A stretch of 64,000 nt of DNA. Origin: the human T2T-CHM13v2.0 reference genome, Homo sapiens. Shown here piece by piece: positions 14,860 to 32,530 of the stretch. The stretch lies in assembly GCF_009914755.1 (NCBI RefSeq), contig NC_060927.1. One strand, written 5' to 3'. The position numbers and the translations under genes were made by a program. Under the pieces are notes generated by a model. It saw nothing but the letters and a program-made list of their open reading frames with translations. It had not been told where the DNA came from and searched no databases. How positions within the stretch are numbered: position 1 is the first letter of the stretch; every line of letters begins with the position of its first letter.

Positions 14860-15705
<846 letters not shown>

Positions 15706-15810
15706 TGTTAAAAGTTACAAGGGGTGGTGGGAATGGGTTAGGAGGTTACCTCATAAAATGACTGGGCTCACCACCAAATCAAGATCAGGGTGTTTTAAAA
15801 GTTAGAATAT

Positions 15811-16110
<300 letters not shown>

Positions 16111-16429
16111 TTAGAATACAACCTTGAAATCTCTACCTTCAGAAACAAAGTATGCAAAATTACTTAAAAAGAAATAAGTAAGAAACACCTAAAAATGCAA
16201 GTCTGATAGTCACTAGTTTTAGTTAAGCATTCTACCCTTCTTCCTCTGCTCCATTTCTCATTTGGTTTATTATAATTAGTATGGCTTTCTCATCATTTTA
16301 ATTATTGATGAAGCCTGATTTTTACCCACAACTATTTTTTCACATACACAGAATTAGTTACCAACAAAAACAGTACCAAAAAATAAGTATCTTATTTATT
16401 GAGTGCATATAATGTGCTCAGTGACAGGA

Positions 16430-16632
16430 AATGCAGCAGTTTGTTGTCAACAATGCTTTGGAGTCAGTCAGAACTGACTTCGGATTGTGCCACTAACTTC
16501 ATAACTTTTGGTAAAGTTATTTAACTTATCTGAGATGATTTTCTCATCTGCAAAATTAGGATAATAATGCCTATCACTCAAGAACTATTAATAAATGAGT
16601 TCATATACATAAAGTACCTAGCACATAGTAAA
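16430..16632 (+). mobile_element. MIR, within L2-like sequence
   Basis: ttggagtcag...ttctcatctgcaaaattaggataataat...gcacatagtaa MIR core. Confidence 0.75.
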
Positions 16633-17149
16633 CAGAGCTCTCAAGACATGTCACAAGATAAGACAGTATGTGTCAGTAAGTGCTAACAGGTTCAGCACAG
16701 ATTGCAAATCCAGCATAAACTAGAGGAGACCATTAAGGAGAATAGACAGAAAGCTGAGGAGAATATGAACTGCAAAGATATAAGGCTTGAAAGAAATGGA
16801 AGCTACTTCAGGAAAAAAAAGAGGGAAATAAAAGACTGACCATGACATACTCTAGGCAGAGAGAGATGACCCTTAACCAAGACATGTGAGAGAACAGTGG
16901 GAAACATGGCTGGACATGGCTAGTCTATAACAAAGCCTTAAAAAGCAAGTATATAAGATGAGATTGGTAGCAAATTAGCAAAGCAATACTGAGAAGAACA
17001 TGATACTGAAACGGGTGCAAGAAGGTAGTTAAGTCAGGAAGGCCACCAAAGAGATAAAGAACACAGACAAAGAGTAACAACATTGCAAAGAGAAAGAGAC
17101 ACACAGGTTAACTAAAGAAAAAATCATTATAGTTACTGCAAAGAAAAGT

Positions 17150-17295
17150 AATGTCAAATAGAACTTTCTGCAATAATGGAAATGTTCTCTCTCTGTACTA
17201 ATACAATGGTGTGGTTGTTGAAATGTATTTTAATTTCATTTTAATTCAAACTTAAATAAAAACATATGGCTAGTGGCTACCACATTGAATACCAT
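17150..17295. mobile_element. MER3/MER33-like DNA transposon remnant
   Basis: aatagaactttctgcaataatggaaatgttct...atggctagtggctaccacattg. Confidence 0.7.
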
Positions 17296-17322
17296 AACAA
17301 TAAAAGAAGTAAAAGGAGAGCA

Positions 17323-17627
17323 GGCTGAGCATGGTGGCTGACGACTGTAATCCCAGCACTTTGGGAGGCCGAGGCAGACAGATCACTTGAGGTCAGGAGT
17401 TCAAGACCAGCCTGGCCAACATGGCAAAACCCCGTCTCCACTAAAGATACAAAAATTAGCCAGGCACAGTAGTACGTGCCTGTAATTCCAGCTACTGGGG
17501 AGACTCAGGCACGAGAATCTTTTGAACCAGGTAGGCAGAGGTTGCAGTGAGCCAAGACTGAGCCACTGCACTACAGCCTGGGTGACGGAGTGAGATTTTG
17601 TCTCAAAAATAAATAAATAAATAAAAA
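17323..17627 (+). mobile_element. Alu (S-like)
   Basis: Full Alu with (AAAT)n tail. Confidence 0.92.
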
Positions 17628-17685
17628 GAGCAGGAAAGTGAAAAGTGAGGATACAAATACAGATTGCTAAGAGCAAAAGTGTAAA

Positions 17686-17757
17686 AAGACACTGATCTGA
17701 CTAACCTAGACTAAGACACTGATCTGACTAACCTAGACTAAGACACACTGAATCTGA
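17686..17757. repeat. 27-bp tandem repeat, 2 copies plus a partial one
   Basis: aagacactgatctgactaacctagact x2. Confidence 0.93.
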
Positions 17758-18197
17758 AGAGACAAGTTGCTTAATAAAAAGCATAAGAATATTCAGTTCT
17801 GCCATAATCAGAGGAGCAACAGTAACACAAAACGTGGATTGTTATGTCAACTTTCTATGAATGCAAAAGAACTCATTCTGTGCTTATCAACTAGTAGTGT
17901 GAAGATCTTAAAAATCTAGATAAAAGTGTTTTAGCTGACTTGCAATATTGAAACAAACACACTTAAAACAAGCGCCTTACATGTCTATCTTTTTCTGTCA
18001 ACTAAAACAAAACAAAGGAAAAAAGAACAACAAAAAAAGAAAAACCCAAAGATATTCCTGGATTCTTGGGGTAGAAAAGAGTATGTGTATGCATATTTTA
18101 TTTTCAAATTCAGAAGGTTCCTTTTCATTATGCAACAGCCTAAAAGATACTACTATTCTGATATTATACTTCTTCAACTATAAAAATAAAGGAATAT

Positions 18198-18516
<319 letters not shown>

Positions 18517-18571
18517 TTAGTATTATTATGTCATGTTAACCTAAACCAAACAATTTAGAAATCTGATGTAC

Positions 18572-18790
18572 CAGGGCAGGAATTGTAAAGTGTTTCCTGT
18601 ACTGGGCCAGGTAGCAAATATTTTAGGCTTTGTGGGCCATACAGTCTCAGTGCCAACTCTGCCATGACAGCATGAGAGCAGCTACATACACATAAATAAA
18701 TGGGCATGGCTGTATTCAAATACAACTTTCTTTACAAAAATAGTGGACAGGCTGAATTTGACCCTCAGGCTTTAATTTATACGCCCCTCT
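18572..18790. mobile_element. MER58A-like hAT DNA transposon remnant
   Basis: gggccaggtagcaaatattttaggctttgtgggccatacagtctc consensus. Confidence 0.75.
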
Positions 18791-18852
18791 GCTACAAGAA
18801 AGAACAGAACTACTTTATTTTTGGCTGTTATAAGAGCAATCTGATATTTTAC

Positions 18853-19554
18853 CTTCATACAGATGGCAATTTTCAGATAAATTACTGGTTTTGGCGAGCT
18901 TTCTCATATTTTCAGGTAGATCCTCAAGCTTCCTCTTCAAGACAGTTTTGCTTCTCATATCTTCTGTGTCTGAGTCCCCACCCACACTCTTTTTCCTACA
19001 CTGAATTAAATTAATCAATTCTTTGACTCTATCCTTATCATAATCCAAAGAATGAGATGATCTTTGCTTTCCAGATATAATGGCTTCACCTCTTGAGTTA
19101 TTTCGTTTTCCAAATTTCATTTTTGTACCATTCATTTCTTCTTCTTGACCTTCATAATCTGAAAGTGGACTAAACTGCTGAAGTTTTCTATTTTCTTCAA
19201 ATAGTTCTTTTAATTTACAAATAGGTAACTGATACACTTCAGGCCGAAAAATATAGGCATGCAAACAAGTATCAATATGGGATTTATTTCTGGGAGCTGA
19301 GTATAAGAATTTTTTATCATCTAATCGTGAATCATATGGAAACATAATAAACTCTCGTTTACCTGAACCAAAACCTCGCTTAAAAAATTCACTTACATAC
19401 TTTTCAACAACAGAATGAAAATTTATGGCGCTTATATTTTTGAATTCCTTTCGACACTGAATCAAAGAAAATTGTAAAAACTGAGCTATTTTTAATACAT
19501 CTGGCATGCTCTCATGCCTCTCCTGTGGTGCTGCATTGGTTGAACCTTTTTGTG
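18853..19554 (-). CDS. TASOR: TASOR exon 14 (SQKGSTNAAPQ...CHLYE), 702 nt
   Basis: Core of ORF 18815-19585; cag acceptor, GAAG|GTAAAA donor. Confidence 0.96.
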
Positions 19555-20247
19555 CTGTAAATAAAACAAACAAACAAAAAAGCAAACCATGTTAGCAATC
19601 AAGAAACTAATCAAATACAGATCTAAATATTGCCAAAGAAGTATAAAAACATTTATACATTAATGTTGAACCAGACGAGTATGTACCCTAGTACATATAT
19701 ACAATATAGCAAATATATGAATAGCATGCTTGTAAAGTCCAGGATCCTAAAACAGGCCAATAAGAAACTAAAACAAATGAAAAAGCAGAACACATTTTTA
19801 AAGGAAAAATCACCCACTCATTGAAGATCTCACTTCCTACTGCCCCCAGGAAATTCAAATAGTGGCAAGCAATATGTAAGAAGAAACAGAGACAGAACAA
19901 GATCTGAGGCTCCAAGCAAAACAGTCCTGCATGTCATCTCTTCCTCTTATAAAGTAGTAACTAACTTCACATGAACAGATATGTAGATGCTGAGTAGCCA
20001 CAACTGAGAAACTCATCCTTAATCCAACAGTGAAATAAAGCCATTAGTGGGAACTTTAGCTTAATACACAGTATTAAAGTTCATTCTTAGAAAAGGTGGT
20101 TAACAAATCTTGTCTTATATCAGTGCCAAAAATTCTCATTAATTTTGAATGGCCTAATATTTATCCTGGCAAATGATGCTTTAGAGTTACTAAAATTTGA
20201 ATGCAAAATTGAACTAAGCTAAAAAATAATCATACAAAACCCTCACA

Positions 20248-21073
<826 letters not shown>

Positions 21074-21143
21074 TTATCTGGAAAATTTCAATGAAATGTT
21101 AAGTATCTATAAGTAACCAGATTTAGATATTCAAAGAACTTAC

Positions 21144-21215
21144 AAGTAACTATGCTTCTAGGTTCTTGAAATAGAAACAAAGCATGTAGGACTCGAGACT
21201 TGGCAGTCTGATATT
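21144..21215 (-). CDS. TASOR: TASOR exon 13 (EYQTAKSRVLHALFLFQEPRSIVT)
   Basis: AG acceptor, GTAAGT donor, 72 nt; follows a 91-nt intron. Confidence 0.95.
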
Positions 21216-21306
21216 CTAAAAAACAGAAGCCAAACTCATTAGCAATGTGTTTTAACTAAAAAGTTAAGAAAGAATTGTAAAAATTTATTAAAGAGAGACC
21301 ACCTAC

Positions 21307-21379
21307 CATATGGAGGAACCATCTGATAAGGGGAGAGAAGAAAAAGGTATCCTCGGTCTCCCAAAGGTTTAACAAGAAC
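21307..21379 (-). CDS. TASOR: TASOR exon 12 (VLVKPLGDRGYLFLLSPYQMVPPY)
   Basis: AG acceptor, GTAGGT donor, 73 nt. Confidence 0.95.
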
Positions 21380-23735
21380 CTGTATTTTGAGGGGAAGGAA
21401 GAAGTTGTATCTGCTTTATTATTATTCACCATAAGGCAGACACACAGCATTTTCTACTTAATTGTAAAGAAAAAAAGTTCTTAATCATCTTTTAAGAAAA
21501 AATATTGCTAATGAATTAGTTAATTCTTTCTACCAACTCTGCTGATTAACAGGATTCCAATCAAATAAAAATTCCTTGGTTTTCATAACATTAATGAGAA
21601 AATGTTACTGAAAGAACTCCCCTAACTGCAAAACCACGTTAATTTTTCCCTGAAGCTAAAATACAAGGACCAAGCTAAAGACTTCAATTTTCTTCATCAG
21701 TTCAAAAGACATGTTTATTAATGGCCAAGGTAATGTGCTAGATGCTAGATACAAAACATGCTTTGAAACACTGCGTTGCAAGAGTTCAGACTAATCACAA
21801 ACCCAATGTGTTGCCATAATCTAACTGCACACATATTACATGAACACTTTTCACATGTAAGGGAATTTGCCCAGAGATATCCAAATACAAGCAACACAAG
21901 ATCCTTGATCACGAGAAGTTTATAATTAGGTAGAAAGAGTACCACAATAAATACCAGTAATTACATAAGACAGAAAAGTTCCCTAAGAGATTTACAAAAT
22001 AACAGAAATGGAAAAATACAGTTTGTTTACGGTAGTAAAAGATGGTCAAGAAAGGTTTACTGAAAGTGTATCAAAAGTGGATTTTGAAGAATGGGTACAC
22101 TGACAAGAGCCTGAGATTGTAGGAAGGACATTTCAGTAGAGGCAACACCATGAGCAAAGGTGAGTTGTAATGGACAGTTTACAAACATCACAATATTTAT
22201 CACTGGCAACAGGGTGAGGACAGACTAGGATAAATGTATAAGACAAGTCGGGAATGAAAGATCATGGGTTAGCTGTAAAAAGACCAGAAGCCAGGCTGGC
22301 CAGGAATGTCCTTGAGAGCATATCCCTTTGAGCTACTGTTTCCTTAAAACAACAGTAAGAAAGAAGACTTGACAGCACAGTGCAGGACGCAGAAAAACAA
22401 TCTAATGCAAAGAATTTATTTCAGGGGCTACTGCAATAGTTCACAATGTTTTGGGTAAATGAGAAACTGAGCATGGCAACTGAACACAAAAGGATATCTG
22501 AGCTCTGAAAGAAAACTCGTACTACCTAAATTCCTACTAAAACAATTCCAGTAAACAACGCCTGTATAAAAACTAATAATTCAGAGGACAAAAAGTAACT
22601 GTGCTACTAATTCACATTTAATAAAAACATTGTTTGCACACTCAAAAGTAAAGTGGTATTGTGTTTGGGGGTTTCAGGTAGCTTAGTTGACCACTTTCTC
22701 CAGGGTCAACTTCTCCTTCAGTTCAATCTGTGCCAAAAATGAGTCTTAGATACCTGGTACTCAAGGAGGTTATTTTAGTGGAAGCAGGCTGGTGGTATGG
22801 GACAGATAAAGTCAGGGGGTCAGATGACCAAATGACTAGGTCCATCTGAAGACCATTCTAAACTTTGGGGAATCTTTCCCCATTTTTACTGCCTGGATTC
22901 CATGAGGGTCAGTTATCAGGTCTTTCTTTTATAAAGGAAGTTCAAATATTCTTGTAAGGGTAAACTTTGTTGTAAGGTTTCTAATAGTTAATCTGTGCTG
23001 AGGTGGCCTTGTTTCCTAAAAATCCCAGGGCCAAGGTTAAAAATCCTCAGGCCAAGTTACATCATACTGCTGACATATAGTATTGGCCCTGCAAGATATT
23101 TAACTGGGTCTTACGGCTACCATTTATAGCCACGCTAAGTCTCTTAGAGTATACTACAAGCGGACAATGTACCTGAAAATTTTGTTTCAAATACTTTTAT
23201 CCAAAGTATTTTAGATAATATACTTCTTTTAATATTTTGTTCAAACTCCTAGTTGATGAAATAAAAAGTTACGAAGCACAAGATTTTCATGTTTTGTGCT
23301 CACTGACGAAAACCAATTAGATGCCTTTAACCTCTCACTCACTCCAAATACTAGGTTTTATAAATTCCACTACCAGTAACCTAAAGATTCCTGTATTTTA
23401 AGGGGGCCCAATGTTTCCAGAAATCCATGGAGTACAAGCAATCTATGATCAGAAACAACACTAAGGCTGACAGAGGCTTCAGCAGTTATATCTGTGGCTT
23501 CAGCCCAGTGAAATCCATTCAACTCTGCAGAAAAGAAAAATCCTGCAAATTGTGCTCCTGTTGTCTCTATTTTAGCTGTTTGGTTATTCTTAAAAAAAAA
23601 AAAAGATATTAATCCAATCTCTGGGGTTTTTAAATTAGTTTATTCTACTATTTTAAATTTCCAGATAACATTAAAGGTATTATAGCACTCCCCCACCCCC
23701 ACAAAAAAAGAGTTAGTATAAATACATGTACAATG

Positions 23736-24033
23736 GGCCAGGCGCAGTGGCTCATGCCTGTAATCTCAGCACTTTGGGAAGTCGAAGTGGGAGGAGGATT
23801 GCTTGAAGCCAGGAGTTGAAGACCAACCTTGGCAACACAGCAAGACCCCAACTCTACAAAAAAAATTTTAAAAGTTGTCATGTGTGGCGTCATATGCCTA
23901 TAGTCCTGGCTACTTGGAAAGCTAAGGTGGGAGAATTGCCTGATCCTGAGAGTTCAAGCTGTGAAGCTGTGATTGTGCCACGCACTATAGCACCTCAGCC
24001 TAGGCAACAGAGAGTCCTGTCTCAAAAAAAAAA
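23736..24033 (+). mobile_element. Alu (J-like)
   Basis: Diverged full Alu. Confidence 0.88.
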
Positions 24034-25385
24034 AGCTTAGAAGGAAATAAGCTACACTAAAGTGAGATTCAGCAGAAAAAAAAAGATTCAAACACTCAAA
24101 GGCATCAAAAATTGGAATTATCAGATGCAAAAAGGAAAATAATCCACTATGAAATCTTTAAAGACATAAAATAATTGGAAGAATTAAAAACATTTTCACG
24201 CAAAAATGTTTACGCTAATGTTCATAGCACCATTATTCATAGTAGCCAAGAAATAGAAATAACTGATAAAAGAACAAACAAAATGTGGTATTATCTACAC
24301 AATGAAAGCATACTGGGCCATAAAACAGAATGAAGTTCTGATATATGCTACAACATCAATGAGCCTTGAAAATTATGCTTAGTGAAAGAAGCCAGGCACC
24401 GAACGCCACATATTCTTGACTCTATTTATATAAAATGTTCAGAGCAGATAAATCCATAGAGACAGAAGTAGATTAATGGCTGTTAGGGATTAGGAAGGGG
24501 GAATGTACAGTGAATTCTGAGATGAAAATGTTCGGGAATTAGATAGTGTTGATGTTGCACAACAGTGTGAATCTACTTTTAAAAAAAACATAGAATTATA
24601 TACTTTAAAATGGCTAAAATGGCCGGGCACGGTGGTGCACACCTGTAATCCCAGCACTCTGGGAGGCCAAGTTCAAGAACAGCCCAGGCAATATGGCAAA
24701 ACCCTGTCTCTACAAAACATACAAAAATCAGGCAGGTGTGGTGGTACGCACCTGTAGCCCCAGCTACCCAGGAGGATGAGGTAAGAGGATCACTGGACCC
24801 CAGAAAGTCGAGGGTGCAGTGAGCCAGGATCACACCACTGCACTCCAGCCTGGATGACAAAGCAAGACCCTGCCTATTTAAAAAAAAAAAAAAATGGCTA
24901 AAATGGTTAATTTTATGTTATGTGAATTTTATTTCACTTAAAAAATATAGGCAAAGAATACCGGAATATAATGTGCACCTCCTAGAACTCTGCCTGGCGT
25001 ATGATAGGTACTCACTAAATACTTCTGAAAGACTTAACAAGAACCTGCTATAAAATAACCAGGCAGATCCAAAAAAATTCAAATGTAACTTTTAAAAATA
25101 AAAAACATTCCCTGTGAAATTAAAAACACAATAAATAAATAAAGCAACAAATAAGACACAGCTAAATACAGGATTTTTAAACTAGAAGATAGTTATGATG
25201 AAGTTACTTAGAATGCAGCACAGAGAAACAAATAGATGGAAAACATAGACAAGGTTAACAGACGTGGAAAATATGCCTCTTCAGAGTCCTAAAAAGACAG
25301 GCCAGGCCGGGCGCAGTGGCTCACGCCTGTAATCCCAGCACTTTGGGAGGCCGAGGCCAGTGGATCACCTGAGGTCAGGAGTTCA

Positions 25386-25667
<282 letters not shown>

Positions 25668-26252
25668 CTAATTTTCCAGAAAAAAAGACACAAATCCACA
25701 GATATGAAAGGAAAAGATATACCAAGCTGGATAAATAGAAATCTACACCTAGATACTGTAACTGCTAAACATCAAAGACCAAAAAAAAAAAAGATTTAAA
25801 AAGTAGCCAGGGGGCGGCAGGGGACCTACAAAGGAACAATTAGACTGAGAGCTAACCCCTAAACAAAAATAGAAGCCATAAGACACTGCAGCATAGTCAA
25901 AGTGCAAGAAAATAGCTGTCAACCCAGAATTGTGTACTCAGCACCCAATGATTATAGATTATACATTTTTCTCAAACACAGAAGGAGCATGTACAAAAAT
26001 TGACCACATAGTAGATCTTAGTCTCAACAAATTTCAAATAATCACCACCATTGTTGATTACAATGCAATTAAATTAGAAATAAAAAAGACAAAAGTATCC
26101 CTGTTTCCCTATACACATACCTCTACATCATATATCAAAGTTAAAAAAAAATTGGAAACTAAAAAATAAAAATTTCTTAGAAATGAATAATGAAAATACT
26201 GCACATTAAAACGTGAAATGCAACTAAAGCACTACTTACAACTGAGTATTTA

Positions 26253-26634
<382 letters not shown>

Positions 26635-26831
26635 TCAGGTCAATCTCATTCATCATCACAGATACAAAATTCCTAAACAAAAGCCAAACCCCACAATTTA
26701 CTTTAAAAGCTGTGGCAGGGGTGGGCGGGGTGGGGGGGTGGTAGTTTCTATACAAGCAATGCAGGGGTAGTTTAATATTGGAAAACTATAAATATAACTC
26801 ACCTTAGTAGGTCTACAGAATAAATACCATG

Positions 26832-27368
26832 TGTGATGGTTAATTTTTTAGGTCAACTAGATTTGGCCAGGGAGTGCCCAGGTATTTGATCAAATATTTT
26901 TCTGGGTGTTCCTGTCAAGCTATTTTCGGATGAGTTTACAACCAACAGACTGAGTAAAGCAAGCCAACCTCCCTAATGCAGGTTGGCCATATCCAATCAG
27001 CTGAAGGCCTAAAGAGAATGAAAGGCAAACCCTAACCCCCACAACAAAAGAATTCCTCCTGTCTGTCTTCCAAGTTGGGATGTCAACTGTTCCCTGCCTT
27101 CAGACTTGAACTGAAACATTGGCTCTTCCTGAGTCTTGAGCCTGCCAGCCTTAGAACTATACCACTGGCAGTCCTGGTTCTTGCACCTGCATACTCAGAC
27201 TGAAACTGTACCATTGGCTCTCCTGGGTCTCCAGCTTGTTAACTGCAGATATGATCTTGGGACATGTCAGCCTCCATAAATGTGTGAGCCAATTCTTTAC
27301 AATAAATCTCTTTTTACATACCACCCCCACCATAAACTATTGGTTCTGTTTCTCTGCAGAACCCAAAA
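26832..27368 (+). mobile_element. MLT2-family (ERVL) solo LTR
   Basis: tgtgatggttaatttt...tcaact start; aataaa; tattggttctgtttctctg end. Confidence 0.8.
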
Positions 27369-27636
27369 ATACTGTGTGACCAGATTGATAAATGCAACCC
27401 CTGACCCAAAACAAAAACCATCTGCTAAAATTCAAAATCCATTCATGGTTAAAAAAATAAAGAAGCAAAGTTTAAAACATAAAAAACTACTGTGGACTTC
27501 CTACTTAATGGTAAAATGTTATAAGGCTTTTTTTTCTTTAAATCAAGAAGGCAAGAATGCCCAAAATCACCATTTTTATTCAACTTCTTAGTACAGATCC
27601 TAGACTGCACATTAACATGGAAAAAGAAGTAGTATA

Positions 27637-28436
27637 TAGTAGTTCCCTTTTATCTGCAGAAGATATATTACAAGACCCCCAGTGAATGTCTGAAATCACA
27701 GATAGTAACAAACCCTATGTTTTTTCTTATGTATACATACCTATAATAAAGTTTAACTTTTAAATTAGGCATACTAAGAGACTAACGACAATAATTAATA
27801 ATAAAATAGAACAGGCTGGGCATGGTGGTTCATGCCTATAATACCAGCACTTTGGGAGGTCGAGGCATGAGGGTTGCTTAAGGCCAGGAGTTTGAGACAA
27901 GCCTGGGCAACACAGTAAGACCCTATTCTCTATTAAAAATTTTAAAAAATAGATAAATTTTAAAAACTAGCTGGGCATGGTGGTATACACCTGCAGCCCA
28001 GCTACCCAGGAGGCTGAGGTGGGAGAATCACTTAAAAGACAAGTAGTTCAAGGCTGCAGTAGCTATGATCACATCACACCACTGTACTCCAGCCTGGGCA
28101 ACAGAATGAAATCCTGTCCTCCCACCAAAAAAATAGAGTAACTGCAACAATATATAATAATAAGGGTTATGTAATGTGGTCTCTCTCTCTCTCAAAATCT
28201 TATTGTAATGTACTCACCCTTCTTATGATGACGTGAGATGATGAAATGCCTATGTGATGAGATGGAAGTGAGGCTGATGACATAGACATTGTGATGCAGC
28301 ATTAGGCTACTACTGAAAACTAATTTAAAACTTATTAATTATTTCTGGAGCTTTCCATTTAGTATTTTCAGACAACAGCTGACCACAGGTAACTGAAACT
28401 ACAGAAAGCAAAACCAAGGATAACAGGGGACTACTA
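27637..28436. mobile_element. MER44-like (Tigger) DNA transposon with nested AluJ (27814-28133)
   Basis: TIRs tagtagttcccttttatc / gataacaggggactacta flanked by TA. Confidence 0.8.
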
Positions 28437-28715
28437 TAAAGATGAGAAGAAAAAAATAAAACCAATCTACCTTCCAGATAATGAATTCTATATAGAAACC
28501 CCCAAAAATGTACAAAAATAAACACTTCATTCAAATTTCACATTGATCTGCATTAAATCAATATGTAAGTATCAATTACATTTCTATATATACAAGAAAC
28601 AGAAAATGTACTAACATGGAAAATACTATTCACGGGCCAGGCATGGCGGTTCACACCTGTAATCCCAGCACTTTGGGAGGTTGAGGCAGGCAGATCACTT
28701 GAGGTCAAGAGTTCA

Positions 28716-29014
<299 letters not shown>

Positions 29015-29058
29015 CTAGTATCCAGAAAATTCTAAAACTCTATTAAAAGAATACACTA

Positions 29059-29757
<699 letters not shown>

Positions 29758-30963
29758 CTAGCCTTCTAATATACAAAAATGTATATGATATAAAGATAAG
29801 GGAATGTTTGCTTTCATATCCCCCACAAATATTTTACTCTTCGCATACCTTAAGATTTAGATCTGTAGTCATTTATCTAGTTAATTGCTCTGCTCCACAA
29901 TAATAAAACTTATTTTATCTCCCTGAGAGCATCAAGTGGGGTAGATTAAGAGATTACAGCAAAGAGAGGTTCCTAGGTTAAGTCCAGAGGTGCCAAGAAG
30001 ACTATGGAGATCTCCCTAAGCATTTACATTTCAATACAGAATGAGTTTCCAGGAATTTGGAAATGTCTCTTGGTCCAAGAGGGCTAAACAAATGGCTCCT
30101 GAAGCGATTTTATTTATATACCAAAGAGTTGGAGTTAATATTCATAACATTTCAAAGAGACACATTCAGGATAGCAGGGAATAGCTGCCTCTTCCCTTTT
30201 ATAAGCAAATAGAAAGTATTTGTCCCCATCTTTTACCTATGTAGTATGCAGCTACTCAGGACAAGTGGCTTAGGCCTGCATGCCCTAGGGAGTTAAGGAC
30301 TAAGGCAAAGGAGGGCCAATACATTTTTACTTACTGTGGGGTATTCACAAAATCTGTCTCTGATTCAGAAAACCTTGTGTGCATTTCTTGGACAAAATTT
30401 AAAAATCAGTATTCCTCAATGCACTGCTCATTATCAAGAAAACTATGAATAAAGTAGCTATAGACGGAATAATCCCAGTGAGGCCTGCTGGAAAACGGAT
30501 AGCTACACAAAATTCCTAGGTACATTAGATTCTGGGAGTGTATCCTTGTAGAATGCTAGCAACCTTTAAGATCTAGGATTTTACTTTACTTCTTGATTCT
30601 GGAAAAGATCCAGTCTTCCATGAACATAATGTAATACTTGGTCAGGTGAGGAACGAAATGCCATCTTTCCTATCCTGATCCTCATATCAGTAACCGAAAG
30701 ATATTGTAATTTTCTGATAAACCCCTCATTGTCCGAATTCTCAATACTCACTCTCTGAAACACAAGAACCAAATAGATTTGTGTAACTCAGTATCTCTCC
30801 ATATCCAAACCTACTATCTCAACTTTCACTTTCTGAACTTGGGAACTGAATAGATTTTGATGATGAGGAATGCTTGCATTGTAGTCAGGCTTTCAGAAGA
30901 AAACAAGCCATGTAATACAAACATAAAATTATGTTCATATGCAGTGAGAAAGTAAGAAGGAAG

Positions 30964-31315
30964 GGCCAGGCGCGGTGGCTCACCCAACACTTTGGGAGGC
31001 CGAGGCGGGTGGATCACTTGAGGTCAGGAGTTTGAGACCAGCCTGGGCAACATGATAAAACCCCGTCTCTACTAAAAATACAAAAATTAGCTGGGTGTCG
31101 TGGCACATGCCTCTAATCCCAGCTACTCGAGAAGCTGAGGCAGGAGAATCGCTTGAACCCGGAAGGTTGAACCCGGAGGTTGCAGTGAGCTGAGACTGTG
31201 CCACTGCACTCCAGCCTGGGCGAGAGAGTCTGTCTCAAAAAAAAAAGAGAGAGAGACAGAGAGTGAGAGAGAGACTGTGTGTGTGTGTGTGTGTGTGTGT
31301 GCACGCGTGTGTGTT
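30964..31315 (+). mobile_element. Alu followed by (GA)n(GT)n microsatellite
   Basis: Alu 30964-31245; compound dinucleotide repeat to ~31315. Confidence 0.9.
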
Positions 31316-32191
31316 TTAATTCTAGGACATTTAATTGAAAGGTTTCTAGCCTGTAAGTCAAAGACTCGCAAGGGTTTTATAACTCTGCCTGGAAGTTTTA
31401 TGTCAATCTGACTATCCCATCTATAAACAACAGACTGATTAAGCACATATATATGAAAATAATTAAATTCTATGTAGCCATTAAACATGAAGTTGCACGT
31501 TCTGAAACTCAAAGATATTTGACTGCCATTCGACTACCTGGAAACTGAGGCTCAACAAAGTGAGAAGTAAAAAGTCAACTGTTGTAAAACTTGTATTAAA
31601 TGGCGCACCTATGCAAAAAAGTTGTATCCCTCTTTCTTGGAACTTACGACCACCATTTAGCAAGACAAAAAGAAACCTTGGAACAGCCACTTCCCTTCTC
31701 TCCAACCACCTCCTCGCCTTCAGCTAAACCACATATACTGGCATCACATTCATTTTCCATTCACTTCTCAACCCACCACAATCTGATGTTTGACCCAATC
31801 CCTCTACCCAAACTAGATATGCTTCAGTATTAAATTGGACCTTACCTCAGAAATATCCCATAAATCTGTCTCTTCTTGTATCATTACCTTGTCATCCCAC
31901 CCGCCATCACCCTCTAATGTAATAGTTTCTACCTCATCTCCCCTCAATTTATTCTCGAGTAACTAACGTAATTATTCAAAACACAGATCTTATGTTGCAT
32001 ACACTTTCAAAGTTTCAATGCACACCCTTGAAAATCCTTCAAAATCTGCTGCTCTTAGGATCAAATCCAAATTTCCAAACACTTGAACACTGCCTGAATG
32101 ACGCTGTATGACACAGGTCCCTACTACTTTCCCCCAACTACTCTAGTGTTCCTTTATCTCCTCAACCTCACTGAGTTTATTGTTCTTGGAT

Positions 32192-32482
32192 TTTCTTTTT
32201 TCTTTTTTTTTTGAGATGGAGTCTCGCTTTTGTCACTCAGGCTGGAGCGCAATGGTACGATCTTGGCTCACCACAACCTCTTCCTCCTGGGTTCAAGCGA
32301 TTCTCCTGCCTCAGCCTCCCCAGTAGCTGAGATTACACCACACCAAGCTAATTTTATATTTTTAGTAGAGACAGGGTTTCTCCATGTTGGTCAGGATGGT
32401 CCCGATCTCCTGATCTTATGATCTGCCTGCCTTGGCCTCCTAAAGTGCTGGGATTACAGGCGTGAGCCACCAACGCCCGGCC
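32192..32482 (-). mobile_element. Alu (S-like)
   Basis: Alu consensus. Confidence 0.9.
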
Positions 32483-32530
32483 TGATAATCACATTCTTAA
32501 TCACAAAGTATAATAAAGATATTCCATGGG

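Noticed and set aside
17686-17757. Short direct repeats here and at 7029-7059, 43304-43355, 48852-48891 and 52135-52175 as a possible array or CRISPR-like structure
   Set aside because: Adjacent two-copy slippage duplications with no spacers and unrelated units
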